Assembly (NCBI GenBank): GCA_965655095.1
Contig: OZ296651.1
Location: forward strand, 27,404,001-27,468,000
DNA: 64,000 nt
Direction: 5' to 3'
Source: Haplodiscus bocki
Taxonomy: Eukaryota
This document shows, piece after piece, positions 45,451 to 58,850 of the stretch. The translations under genes and the position numbers were made by a program. A model generated the notes under the pieces. That model made no database searches and had not been told where the DNA came from. It was given only the letters and a program-made list of their open reading frames with translations. Within the stretch, counting starts at the first letter, position 1; each line of letters opens with the position of its first letter.

Positions 45451-46732
45451 TGTAAAACCTGTCTTTTTAGCATTAAATGATAGCTTAAGGTCTATCGCTT
45501 TTACTTTTTTCGTTGAGTGGCAACAAAATCTAAAGGCTTTTCGGTTTTCTTGAATGGCTCAATGCTTCCGAAACCAAAAATTCAAAACATTCCTACTACG
45601 TTTTTTGCTAATGCGAAAGAAAATTTCCCTTTCGCACATACTGAGATTCCAAAAAGGTTTCATGTTACTCCATTTTTGCATGTACAAAAAAATGCGAGAA
45701 CGCTGAGAAAACGTTTTGGCATTCCAACGATTTTGCTTGTTCTAAAAACTTTTGAATAAGGCCAAACATTACTGACTCCCAGCACTGCATGACGTTCCAA
45801 CGAATATCGGGCAAAAATCTTTTATGTTCGACAATCGAAATGGAAGGAAGCACCCGATTCAACCATGACATTTTATCAAAATTAGCTACCATGTTGGCGG
45901 AAAAAGGTGTATCTCATGCCACCTGCGATGCAATACACTATGCAGCTTGAAATTCTCACCCAATTGAATATCGCTAATGTCGGGTGCGCAGTCATCAAAC
46001 TGAACCACCCTCTGAGAGTTCTAGGGATGATCAAATTAATCGACCCACCAGTGTTTTACTTTGGCGGGTGACCTTCGAATGTTGTCATCAAAGTAATTTC
46101 CAGATATTGAGCCCGTGCTCACCAACTGAGATACCGATTCGAAATAATTAATTCTATGTCGCGAAAATGACCAAATAAATGCGGCCTAGCTTTCAATAGA
46201 ACCAACAAACATCTCTGCTTAACGTTCGTTTTATCTTTATACGATTGTTTGAAGCTGTGACGAATTGTTTGCCCCTAGGAAACGTGTTTTGATAAGGACC
46301 GAAATGAGAGTAGTTAAACATGAGGAATTATTTGCTCCCATTGACATTCGGCATTATAAAGCTAATTACATTTCGCTGTCCAAGAATTTAGTTATGGTGG
46401 GAAATGATTGTAATGCTTCTATTTATTGTGATAAAAATTGATAGCTCCTTTTAGTTTTGGTTATGCATCCACCAAGGTGTCACAATTGTGATACAGCGTC
46501 TACTCGGCCTTCATCTTTACATCAGTAATTGAACTTTTTTGATAATTGTGAATTAACAATTAGTATTGCCAGTTCCTCGAAAAAATTCAGCTCTGCTATC
46601 CTCACGATAAACTTCATTTTTTTTCAGTTTAACCATGCATGAGGGGAATGAGAATGTGGATTTTATAAGTTTGTATATAGTATTTGGTACTTTTTGTTTT
46701 ACATAATGCTTAACTATCATCAATCGTCCGAA

Positions 46733-49700
46733 ATGAACGACGCTTCGTCAAAAATTCATTCAATGATGATGCGAGTAACTTCGTTAGCCAATCAGAGACG
46801 GAGACAGATGACTAACGAAGGTGTCGGTGGTAACGGACGTGGCAGCTTCAAGCGGTCTCATAGTGTGTGTATTGCTCCGACTAAAGATGGAAACAAACAC
46901 AAAACTGCAGATTTTGAAAAAGTGGTTTTTTCCAACGATGGCAAAGTCAAGTTTTACGATGATGGGCAGCTCAGTATAGCGCCCTTATGGTCATATCACA
47001 CTTTCACAGTTCTGGTCGTCCTTATGTCTGTTCTGCTTTTCGAAGCACTTTATCTTCCAAACAATCAGTGAAGTCCATTTCTGTTTTTGTTATTTTCCGC
47101 CCATATTTCATATATGCAATGAAAATCATTCGTCCAACATTCAGGTTTTCCACGCGAAATTTGCCAATTGCACAATTAGAAAAATGCACGCCCATAATCT
47201 TTGATTCGCCAAAGTGTTCCAAATTTGTCGTAGAATCCGTCTCATATACTAAAATTTCTCCAAAAAAATGTGTTTTTCTCACTAAAAAAAACCTAAAGGT
47301 TTTTTTTCAATTTTGAATTATAACGATAACTGATTAAAATGAAAACTGATTTTAAAAAAAGTTACGCGAAAGTATGTTGGTTTAGAAAAGTGCTGTTGCA
47401 ATAGAAGCCTCATGCTTGCAGTATAGCGTTGCTTCGCTCACAGAAGAGGTCGGAAATGAATCAGTTTTTTGGAATCCACTTTTTTGCCGTCTTCATGTGG
47501 AAAAAGGGGGAAGACAGATTAATAAGTAGGACCGCTGAATTGAATAGGTAGTGATCTATTTTATTTTCTAACCTGACTTTCATTCACAGTTGATCGGATT
47601 GTATTAATCCCCTTCTAATTCAGCTACTCGGTGGGAATATCTGCTGAAAGCTACGAATCTCCATTTTAATGCATTTGGAGAATATTTCAATGTGAACTTT
47701 GAGATTTATAATTTTTTTTTAGCTCGATGATGTTTTCCAAAGTAATTTTCGTGACATACTGATTGGATGGGAACCCCCGCTTTTAATGCAACAACCCGAA
47801 ATTGCTTAAATGTGGTTACAGCAAGGTAGCTCCATTGTCATACTTCATATCCAAAATGTCTAAATTTCAACTCCAAAGTTCGAAGTTACACTGAGCTTCT
47901 CGAACGTGCTTTGGTGAACATTATCGATCGATAAATGTTCAATCCTAGCTCATTGCGGTAAGTATTGCACTTGTGACTGGCAATTGTTATGGAATAATAT
48001 TTTCAACCACTTTTCCGATTGGTTCGAAACACGCATTAGCTGTTGACGTATACGCTGGTTGAAACCTTTGCAAGCACGTGATCCAAATGTAAAGCCGTAA
48101 CCAGTGAAATTTTAGGGTAAGATAATTGTATAATAACTTCACTAATTGTCCTTAATTGCTGAATATTGACTGTAATTCCTAGAATCCATTGTTTTCCGTA
48201 GACACTCGTGCTTCAGACAGCGTTCATCTTTTGATGATTTCAAAACGAGCAAGATCGAGAACCTGTAGGGAACGATGGACTTCACATTTCATACATATTA
48301 AGCGAGATGTCTTCGATTTCGGAAATTTATTCCTTGCACCTTTTTCTCGACGACTCCGGATTGGACCGCAATCATCCATCGCGAATGCAGATGCTTTGAA
48401 TATGTGAACCTCTGGTAGAGCTGGATGTGCCGTTTCATACCTTCTACGCGAAATTTCTTGACTTGTAGCTTGGAATTCTTGAGATCTTTACAAACATTTT
48501 TTCAAGGTTGTTTCTTACCGAGACTACTTACTGGACACCGGCTACCCCATGCTGATTATACAGCAGGTAATATGGTAAAACTATGGAGAAGCCAGATGTG
48601 CCTTTGCATAGCGTCCACGCGAATTTTTTTGACTTGCAGTTTGGAATTCGAAAGACCTGCTTTCCTCCTTTTTTCCAAGTCATTTTTCTCGGACTACTGT
48701 TTGGGTTGTGGTCTCCCAGCACTTTTCCGAAACCTGGCATAATGGAGAGTCAATAGAAAATCAGGCATGTCCCGCTTCATACTTTTTGTGTATCAGATAA
48801 GAATTTTTTTGACTTCGTACTTGTAATTCAAAAACTTCTCAAAATTGTTTTTTTTCTGAAAAATTAAATGTTTGATTGCCAGCATCCAGTACTCCTTGGA
48901 AAGAATGAAATTTGAGAAGCTCTTGGAGATTATGGAATGTGCTGCTCCTTACGTTCCACACAATACTTTTCGCCGTGTAGTTGGGCGTTCGAAAAATGAT
49001 TACATTGCGTCTTTTGTCAATGTCGTTTTTGTGTGGAGACTCCTGTTTGGACCGCGGTCATCTATATCTCACCCGAAAGCCTCTATTATGTGAACCCCTA
49101 GTTAAAATGGATGTTTTGTTTCATACGGTTGACGCGAAGTTTCTGGACTTGCACTTAAATTCTAGAGATGTTTACCTGCGTCCTTTTTGAAATTTGTATC
49201 TTTCAAAGACTATTTGTTGGAGGGCAGCTTTACAGTGCTGATTGAACAGCTCATGAAACTCTAGGAAGGTTGGATGTGCCGTTTCATACATTCCACGCAA
49301 AGTTTCCTGACTTTCACTTTGGTTTCGGAAAGATGTTTACTTGCATCCTTCTCGAGGTTATTTTTCTCTAAAACCACCAGTTGGACCGTGGCTATCCCGG
49401 GCTTATCAACAGTTCTTAATACGGTGGAACTATCGAAAAGTTGAATGGGCCATTTCATACCTTCCACCCGAATTTTCTCGATTTGTAGTATGAATTTCGA
49501 AAGATCTTTACTCGTCTTTTCTTAGTTGTTTTTCTCAAAGACCACTATTTGGATTGCGACCTTCTATCACTTATTCGGAACCTAGCAGTCTGCAGATTCC
49601 GTGAGAAGCCAGCCTTATGTCGTTTCATACTTTCCATACTTCATATTTGGTTTTGTTGATTCGAAAAGATTTTGTTGCATCGATTTTCAAGTTTGCCTTC

Positions 49701-52700
49701 CTCAAACCTGATGGTTGGATTGGTAGCATTTAGTGCTCAGTGAAAATACCGAATTATGAGTAACTTGTGGAGAACCCGGAATGCGCAATTTAATGCGATC
49801 CACAGAAAATTTTTTGACTTTATGGAATGCGAAAAGTGTTTATTCGCGTCTTTTTCAAAGTCATTATTGTGGAAGACTGCTGGTTGGATTGCGGACATGT
49901 GATAAGGTTTGAGTCCTGGTACTTTGGGATTGCTTTTAAGCAGCTATTTTTTTTCCATTTAATGGTGATTGCAGCCATTTTTTGTGAGTTTTGCGTTTTT
50001 GAAAACGGGAGTCACTTTAGCTATTTTTGTCCCCGGGGGGAAGGCAATTAGTCGATGCCCTTGTCCAACTTTCTCGCACGTGTAGGTGAAGTGCAGCTTC
50101 TCTATGTTTAATATTCAAAGTGACCCATAAGTTTTGATAAAACTCAAAGTTATCTCCCTGATTTGGTTTTATCTCCTAAGTTTTAGTCAAATGTATCTCC
50201 TAATGAGTCATGCCATTATAAAGGGCTCGCTGATTACTCCTTCGAAATATTGAGAAAGCTATGACTCAGTTTGTTACATTTGGGGGAATAATTCAATGGA
50301 AAAGACCCCCGTGATTTTTCAACAAAGTTTTTGCTCATCCAAGGAGGAGGGTGTCATAATAATGTGCGCAAATTCTTCTCTAGTTCCATATAAAGTGGTA
50401 AAGAACCCATTAATCGAAAATCCTTGGTGTTTATCTTCTCTAAAATCTTTGATATACGCGACAGTGAGTTCGGTCATTTATTCGGCCTTGACTTATCAAT
50501 TTTTGGCATGTGCATCGCGTCGTTGGTATCGCAATCTTTGGAATTTGATATCGATATTTAGGGAGATCCCTTGACCCGTTTCCAGCCATCTGTAGCGTCC
50601 AAAATGCAGTTGATTATAATGTTGTGGAAGTTTGTTCAGCTGGCTCCCTTCTTAGCATTACCTTTGTCCAGCTCACTGCCTTTTTGCAACTGCCTGCATT
50701 TATCATTTTCACGGTGGTGGATTATACCGATTGTTGTTCAAAACATGAATATTTTTGAACCTTTCCACCTTTTGCCTTCCAAAACACTTTCCAGGCCACT
50801 AATCAGTACTAAATCCATACAAAACTGACAGTTTAACATTTCCTTGCTTTCTGAAAATTCAGAATCTTTTTTCATTGTTTTGAAGTATTCAAAATTAGCT
50901 AGAATCATAACTTTTCGTGAATTTGGTGCTTTTGACCGTCCTCTCTAAGTTCTAGCTAACTATTCATATTGGATCGATCTGAACTAACAATATTATTAAA
51001 TTTCGCGCAACTACGAAACTTTTGCATTCTTTTTCGCATTTCAAAATATGTAAAACGAGCCAATTAATGTCGCACTTTGTTGAGTACTCTAGTATCTTCG
51101 TCCTCCAAATCAGTGTTCTAGCTACTACTTCATACTGATTTGACGGAATATTGAAACAAGAGGCGCAGTCGCACTGCGATATTTTCTGTCAATAGGCAGT
51201 AGAAATGACTCATCGCACATACAATAAACTATTTTCACGAAATTGTGTGCATAAATTGAAGTTGTGGATTAAGACTTTTTTGCAAGAATTCAAGCCGAGC
51301 TCTAGAAATATGAGTCTCAATGTCCAATGTCGACAAAATAGCAACGCTCGCACTATTTAGCAATTTCGGCCTATCATGAAAAACCTGTGGCTTGCCCAAA
51401 TATCAAAGATTTTCAACTCAAAGACCCTTCTGAAGATATCAAGCTGTCTATTAATACTTTATGGAAGTAGTCGAGGTGATAGATATGGAGAAGAAATTTG
51501 AATCCGGATTCATGATTGAAATCAATTTTTGTCGTTTTCGGTTGATCAGGATTGCGAAGCAAGGATCAAAACCATAATTTTTCTATTGGTTAGTCCTCCT
51601 CAAGTAAATAGCTATGGATTGAACCCTTGATACAAAAAGTCAAGGTGGTAGTTTTGGAAAATTTTGGGTTTGAAAACGGAGGTCTGTAATTATTGAGAGC
51701 ATTTTTGGCATTCTCGGCCTGGCAGGATCTGGACGCAACGAAAAAAATGATGATTTTCCTCTTGAGAGATCCTCTGAAGTAAGAGGTTGTCCACTGAGGC
51801 TCTAATGAATAAATTGAACCATCTACGCTTGAAAAAAAAACTGAGTTCCAACATCCAGCAAAATCAGAACTTGCTCTTTTTGGCAACCGGATATCACAGA
51901 ACGAGGTGTTCTAGCCAAAACGTTTTTCGTTTTTGTTTATTTTTGGTTCCGGAGGAACCACGAAGCCGAAAAAATTAATACCAAGAAAATCAAATTTTCA
52001 TTTTTGTAATTGACTTTTTAAAAATGAATTCTGAAGTTTTTCGCATTTTTTGAAAAATTGAGAAACTCTCGGAAGAAAAATTTTTTTCTTTGAAGAAACA
52101 GCAATTTGCTTTAGTTAGATAGGGAAAAGCAGAGTTATGGAGAAAATAATTTTTTAATCAAAAAATCTCGAATTTTGTCGAAATTCCTTTCGTTTGTCAG
52201 AAATGAAATGATTTAGTACAAGAGTCTGAAATCATATAAAAAAGGAGATTGTAGAGAACTCCGAACCGGCTACCTTTGGGCTGCCTAACTGTGGTGCCGC
52301 AGCGCATATGTATCAAACAGTGTATATATGTAATTGGCCTTGCATTCAAAAGCTTCTTATTTCATGAATTGTTCTCACTATCCGTCCAAAAGTTTTCGGA
52401 AGGAAACTGTTCAATTCAGTAATTAAACTTTTATTTTTCTAAAGTCTGACCATGTTGAGCGGATTTTGTGTTGCAGGACCGTTAGCAGCTCGTATATTAC
52501 ATGTGTGTGGGGGTGTCACTCAGTTTGGGCAGTCCGCAAGTGGCAGGTTCGAATCCTTCAGCAACCACTTATTTATTTCGAACTCGTATCCAGTGTTCCG
52601 ATTTTTTAGAGCAGGGAAACAATAGTTTTTTTGACAAAGTTCAATTTTTTTCTAAATTAGGTATTCTCTCAAAAACCCTCTTTCCGCTCCTTGACTCAAA

Positions 52701-55700
52701 CCTTTCGGTGTTTCCCAAAAAGTGCTAACATTTATTTCTCAAAATAAATGATTTTCTAGAGAGCCGGATTGATAAATTTTTATGAATAAAAGTCATTGAC
52801 ATTTCTATCAGCTTTTTGGTATTAATTTTTTCGCTTTCATGGTTTCTGCTGAGCGAATGATACCCTATGACTTGAAATTTATTCTTCTGAAGCATATCGT
52901 TCTGTAATCCGCATAATGGGGAATTTCCAAGAAGCGCAAATAGTGATGATTCTCCTTGATGTTGAAACTCACTTTCCTCAAAACTGCACTGTTGTATTCT
53001 TTCACCAAGGTCCCCATTGAAAGCCTTCTGCTAAGGGAGCTATTTGATTTGATAAGTCTTCCTATTTTTCCCTGGCGTCAGCATCCTGATACTGCGAAAA
53101 CGCCCAAAACTGCTGTAAATTTCTACAGATCTTCATAATCAAAAAATAAAGCTCCATAACTGTTAGCTGACTTCTGTCACATTTTCAATCATCACCTTTT
53201 TACTTGTAGAAGACTATGTGATTATCATCGATTTCCGTTGGAATGCTAGCACTTCGATAACTGCAAAATTTGCTAAAAGTTTTGACACATCCCGCTTTTC
53301 ACGTCCATATTTATCCATAAGTTTTGACTTGAAAACTCCCGTCGCTGTCTCAATTAACAGCGTTCAACGTGAGGGCTAATCAATTAAGTTATCATCAATT
53401 TTTTCCCTGAGAGTTCGAAATTTGCAAAGATTGTTATTAATAGTCGCATTTCTCGTTATGGAATTTCATATTTCTCCATAACTACTGGATTAATGCTTCT
53501 GCAATCAAAGTTTCAATCAGTAACCTTTTACTGGTGGAATACTCTTCGATTTGAATATCATGGAATTTGTTCCTTTCGTCAGAATATTGATAGTCCGAAT
53601 TTTCCAAAAACTGCAAATAATTTTGACAATTCCTGCTTATCGAATTCATTCTCTGAGTAATGGCTGGATCTCTTTTTCCAACAATGTCTCAATTAACAAC
53701 TTTTTCCGTTAGAACTGAAAAACAAAGCATCATATTTTCACTTGCACCGGAGTCTTGATTGTCCAAAAATCCTATGTGCTAGCAGTATTGGTTCATCCCG
53801 CTATTCAAATTCCGGTTTCTCCATGACTATTGGCTTTACTACTTCCATCAGGGCGTTAGCTGCCAGTTTTTTTGCTTGTGACGGATTATGCGATCAAAGA
53901 CCATCGGCTTTGTTCCTTCCGCTGGATTGTGGATAGTCCGAAAATTGCTTATTCTACTTACATAGAGTGATATTCAAACTCAACTTTCGAAAACTACAAG
54001 CTTTGCCTCATCTACGAATAAATTGACATCTTTTTGTTCCAGGAGGGCTACTCAATAAGGAAATACTTACGTCGCAATCTTGAAAATCGGAAAATGGCCC
54101 ATGCTAGCAAAATTGAAATATCTCGATATTCTTATTTGTCCATAACTATCGGCTTGACTTCTTCCATCAAGGTGTTAATTGACAGCTTTTCTCACTTGTG
54201 AAGGACTATGCGATCAAAAATCATTGTTGTTTTTCCTTTTGTCGGAATGCTGATGGTCCAAAAATAGCTCTCAGAACTGACGTAACTTTTGATATTCAAC
54301 CTCATAATTCTTTGAAACTACCAGCTTGACTTTCTACAGCTCAATCGACATCTTCCTGCTTGAGGAGGACTACTCATTGAAGAACCCTTGATCTTGTTGC
54401 TTACAGCGGAATCCTTATAGTCTAAAACTGCCAACTGCTACTAGTATTGATTTATCTCGATATTCATTCTCGTTTTTCCCGATAACTATTAGCTTGACTC
54501 ATTCCATGAAAGTTTCTATCGAATTTTATGTTTTCCCAGAAGATTGTTCGAGTTGAAAATCTTTGATTTTCTCCCTAGCATAAACTTGCAAGACTGAGAG
54601 TTGTAATAACTTGTTATTTTGCCTCATAATTTTTCAGCTCTACAGACTTGAGTTCTTCCAACATGGTCTAAATCGACAACTTCATTTCGTCAACATTTTG
54701 ACAAATTGATTTGTTTCGTTTTCGATCAATCATTTCTGTGCCACTTTGACAGAAAATATCGCAGTGCGACCGCGCTCGTTCTTATAATTAATTGATAAAT
54801 CTTTTTTGATTTCTTTTCGGTATTTTCATATTTTTGGAAGAAATTTGAAACCCAAGGCACAGTTTTCGATAATGCTGGAAAAAGTTGATTTTGATAAATT
54901 TTGCGCAAAAAAATCTTCAAAAAGTCGAAGGAAGAACTCCGCGGTAGAAAGATGAAGAGTTCTTCGTTCAATTTGATGAAAACGCGATAGGTGTTTCAAG
55001 AAATGGGGAGGTAGTAGGGTTCGAAACCGGACCTCTGTTGTCCGGAGAACCTCTTCTATTGCGAGTAAGTACTACACTAAAGAAGACAGGTGTGACGTCG
55101 ATAAAATGAAGCGGGAATTTACTTGGGTGAGAAAAGTAACACAGAATTGGCAAACGAGCCGATAAAAAATGAGCGAAAAGTTTTCGGCTGCTGTTGTTAA
55201 AACTACATTCTACCAGTCTAGTGGAACAGTAAAAGCAAAAGACAAAAAAAAACATTTTCGGATTTTGAGCCAAAAATCTTCGGCTGGTTTTGTCAAAACT
55301 GTATTCTAAGTGTCCAGGGGAACATATTGAGCTAATAGAATTTTTCGAAAATTTTGCAGTCGACACGACGCAGCCAGAATTGGCAAATCACCGGAGAGAA
55401 AAGTTCGCATACTGGGGGCATGATTTTCCTTTCTTAATATATTACGGTGGAAAATAAAAATTGAAGCAAGACTTTTTTCTTGTTGTAAAATAGGGAAAAC
55501 AGCTAGCTAAGGCATTTATTTCCGTTGTCTGTGTCAAAATCCTTTCTTAGGAATCAGCTGATCTCATTCCAAAGGGAAATTGTTTACTCTTTTGAGAAAA
55601 TGCGTTCATTTTGAGGAATCTTGTGTTCATTTTTGGAACTATTTGAAATATAAGCGAATTTAGTGAAAAAAATTAAAATCTGCTTCTATGTTCGATCCCC

Positions 55701-57780
55701 GCCAGGGGCCTATTTTGGAAAAAGTAACACAAGAGCTGCGATTTGAGCAATTCTGTGGAATTGTATTGATTCGAAGGTAGCTGTATTTTCAGAAAAACAA
55801 GGCGATTTAATCTTATCTTTTTTCAGTAAGGTGACGAGTAAAATACGAGTAATATTTTTTTTGAAGTTGAGATGAAAATGGACTTACTGCTAGCAACACA
55901 TCTTCGTCCTACAATGTCAGAAGGGGTGTATTAGCTTGTGCAGTTGCTTACATTTGTTATGGAATTACTCAAAACGCCAATGGACCTTTTCATAGACCTC
56001 ATCCTGCATTCTGGAGATTCGTAATTTGTGTCTCGTTGCTCTACGAGCTTGGACTTATTTTTGTTCTGTTCCAGAATTTAGATGATGCTCGCAAAATTGT
56101 CTGGGAGCTCGATTCGAGCCTGGGAGAACCACTAGCTGAACAGAGCTACGGTGGCAGTTGCTCTCTCTGGGATGCAGGTAAGGATCCTCAATGTACCACT
56201 TAATTTAGATGAGAGTCTTCTGTAATTCACCAGAACTTTAGAGTTGTCGGGTAATTGGTGTGGTGTAAGTTCGTGTCTTGTAGAGTCAATTTGTTATTGA
56301 CCTTTGACAAAAGAGTATTCAAATTCATTGTGAAAAGTGGGTTTTGAAGACTGAATTGCCGAGTGTCAACTATCGATTTTCGTTATCATGCATTTGTCTC
56401 TCCATATAAGAGAAGCATTAAACGTACCAAATCACACAGACTGATCTTGAAAAGACTATGTGAAATTTCGAACTTATCGATTGAACGGAATATTTAATTT
56501 ATTTTTTGACAAAAAAGTAATTATGGCACTTCCTGATGATCGCTGACTAATTGCAGAACACGAAGATCCCTTGCATAACTTTTGGGTAAAATGTGACGTA
56601 TTTATTCTGGCTCACGTGGTTGGATGGTGGGCGAAAATGATGATCGTTCGCTCTGTGGGTTTGTGTCTGACAATGAGTTTCCTGTTCGAGTCTTTGGAAT
56701 ATTCTCTCGAACATCAACTGCCAAACTTCTCCGAGTGCTGGTGGGATCACTGGATCCTCGACTTCATCATCTGCAATGGACTGGGTATATGGCTGGGCAG
56801 TCTCACCTTGAAGTTAATATTCTCCTTTTTATCAAGTGAACTAATTCTAATTTATGCTTTTTCTGAACCACATTAACTAGATCTCCGTTTTTGCCCGGGA
56901 ATTTCATCTTCGGTTCTTTGCTAGCTTGCAAAACTGAGTCAAGTACAAAAAAAGTAAAAATCTGATTGCCCCACGACATAACTATACTTATTTGTTAGTT
57001 TTGAGCCAATCGTTTTTCTGCTGAAAGGCATTAGAGGCAGGCTCATTAAAAAAACAAGTGCAACTACTTCAATGGGGAAGGAAAATTGTTGTCAAGAAAT
57101 TCAACATCAGCATTCCATTGCTTGTTGGGAATTCGTGTTCCTCAACTTTTGATCATTTTTTCCTTCACGTAGTATCTCTTGTAACTCCCTGTTTTAGGTA
57201 TCTGAACCAGCGCAACTATCACTGGAGAACAGTTTGGAGCATTCCTTCGATGAAGGGCAAACTATCTCGGGTGTTCTTGCAGTTCACGCCTTACTACTGG
57301 ACCGAATTCCACTGGAACCCTTTTCTCAGTTTCCAGAGGTACGTCAGTATGACAGCTGTAGTTTGGCTCTTTCTGGTGGCTGAAATCAACTCATTTTACT
57401 TGAAAAGTTTGTTTTGGGCGCCGCCTGCGCACTGGCTGAATATACTACGATTATTCATCCTCAGTTTCGCGTCTGCCAGTAGTCTTGCCGAGTATTACAT
57501 GTTCACAACTGACGTCAACTCTGTCAAAATAGGCCAACAGGCTTGGGTAGTTGTGGCCATAGTTGCAACAGAGGTGCTGATCCTTGTCAAATTTTGTAGG
57601 AACTTGATCTTGAAGCCGCCTTCAGTCAATGTATTTTTCTTCTGGTTAGCTTTGTTTCTGCTCTGGTTGCTTTATGCAGTTTATCATTACCTATTTCCTG
57701 CAATAATTAAAGTATTTTTCCGTAGGAGAATCTATTTGCACCAAGCCAAACCCACATTCAAGCCCAAAAGTCTACAGTAG
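46733..57780 (+). CDS. PTDSS2: Phosphatidylserine synthase (PTDSS2-like); exons 46733-47067, 55894-56177, 56557-56812, 57198-57780
   Basis: Exon 1 FYDDG...W..HT.TVL; exon 2 YNVRRGV...[24 protein letters not shown]...E.SYGG.C; exon 3 [31 protein letters not shown]...CNGLG; exon 4 [18 protein letters not shown] introns with consistent phases (2,1,2). An alternative in-frame ATG lies at 46706. Confidence 0.88.
48270..49900 (+). repeat. Degenerate tandem array, ~170-bp unit (~9-10 copies), in PTDSS intron 1
   Basis: Motif gatgtgccgtttcatac recurs at ~48424, 48595, 48767, 48936, 49110, 49273, 49445, 49615 and 49780; related copies at ~41830-42350. Confidence 0.75.
51961..52840. repeat. Degenerate foldback (long inverted repeat) element with tRNA-like inner segments
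   Basis: CGAAAAAATTAATACCAA (51967-51984) is the exact reverse complement of 52816-52833. Inner arms ~52245-52310 and ~52495-52570 are also inverted-homologous and carry a B-box-like GGTTCGAATCC. Confidence 0.65.
52950..54680 (+). repeat. Second degenerate tandem array, ~165-170-bp periodicity
   Basis: ccataacta..gcttgact / gaaaactac..gctt motifs alternate at ~53152, 53320, 53472, 53820, 53990, 54140, 54315 and 54478. Confidence 0.55.
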
Positions 57781-58480
57781 AAACTGATGCCAATGTAGTT
57801 CAAATCCTTAGTTAGTTAATTTATATGAGTACAAACTAAAGTAGGTCAAAAAGTTACCGAAGCAAAAATGGTATAGCTGAGAATGGAACGCCGAGAACAG
57901 ATTTTTCAGAGGTGAATTTCTCAGTACAGTGAGTTTCTTGGAAAAATTTAGCTACAAATCTTTCTAGAATTTCTTCTAGTTTACAATGGATTTTGTTTGA
58001 AGTCTGTGTAACCGCTGTCATAAAAGTAACTACCAGAAATGCTTTATAAACTGGAGGTTGTGAACCATGCCTAGGTTTTTTAAACTATCACAATTTTTCT
58101 GATGTCATTGCCGAAAGCCCGAAGCCAGCAGGTGAAAATAGTGAGCCAGTAAAAACCGAGTAAATAAAACTCGGTGATTTTGTCTCGGTTGTGGCGTCAT
58201 GATGATCATGCTGAATGAAGAAAGCTAGTGAGTTCCTCACGTCGTCCGCTGCACTAACTCACCTGCCTTATTCATTCAGCGTGATAAAATTAAGTCTGCC
58301 AATGTGGCAGAAAGGCTTCCTAGTTCCAGAAACTTTTGTAGCTGACGTTTTTCATGAATCTGGCTATGCTTTGAGAAATTCGCCTCTGAAAAAAATGTTT
58401 TTGGCGTTCGATTCTACGTTATACTATTTCTGCTCCGGTTATTGTTTGGCGTGACCGTAATCGGCATTGTTTTATAAATA

Positions 58481-58850
58481 CCGTATTTAAGCGAGTTGTA
58501 ACCGCGGCCTATAGCATTTTTAAGGCTATATTTTGCGTCTTCAATTCAAATGCGTCTTCAATTCTTATGCGACTAGTCTGAAAAAACTAGTGCAGCTAAC
58601 TAATCCTCCTCACGGAAAATGTCTCGGATTTGAATCACTCTACTTCGCATACGTCTAGATTACTAATTCCTCAAATGTGATTTCATGTTTCATTTTTTAA
58701 GACGATTACTCAACACTGAGGGCCAAAATTCAACTTCTGTGTGAATTCAATTTTTGGTTGCGGCTTCTAAGTTCTCCCGACGAGTGCTGGTGCGGCTTGA
58801 AGTTGAAAGCAGCCTCAAATCGATTGCGGCTATAATTCGATTAAATACGG
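58481..58850. mobile_element. MITE, pogo/Tc2-like (Tc1-mariner superfamily), TA TSD
   Basis: TA|CCGTATTTAAGCGAGTTGTAACCGC ... GCGGCTATAATTCGATTAAATACGG|TA (21/25 TIR match); internal gcg(g/t)ctt sub-repeats. Confidence 0.8.

Noticed and set aside
45750-46200. LINE RT fragment on the - strand
   Set aside because: Motif-like peptides appear in the wrong order; not supportable.
48270-49900. CRISPR-like array
   Set aside because: Eukaryotic context; whole units are degenerate, with no constant repeat plus unique spacer and no cas genes.
52535-52565. tRNA genes suggested by GGTTCGAA motifs (also ~55018 and ~55690)
   Set aside because: No complete cloverleaf or A-box/acceptor stem; more likely SINE-like relics.
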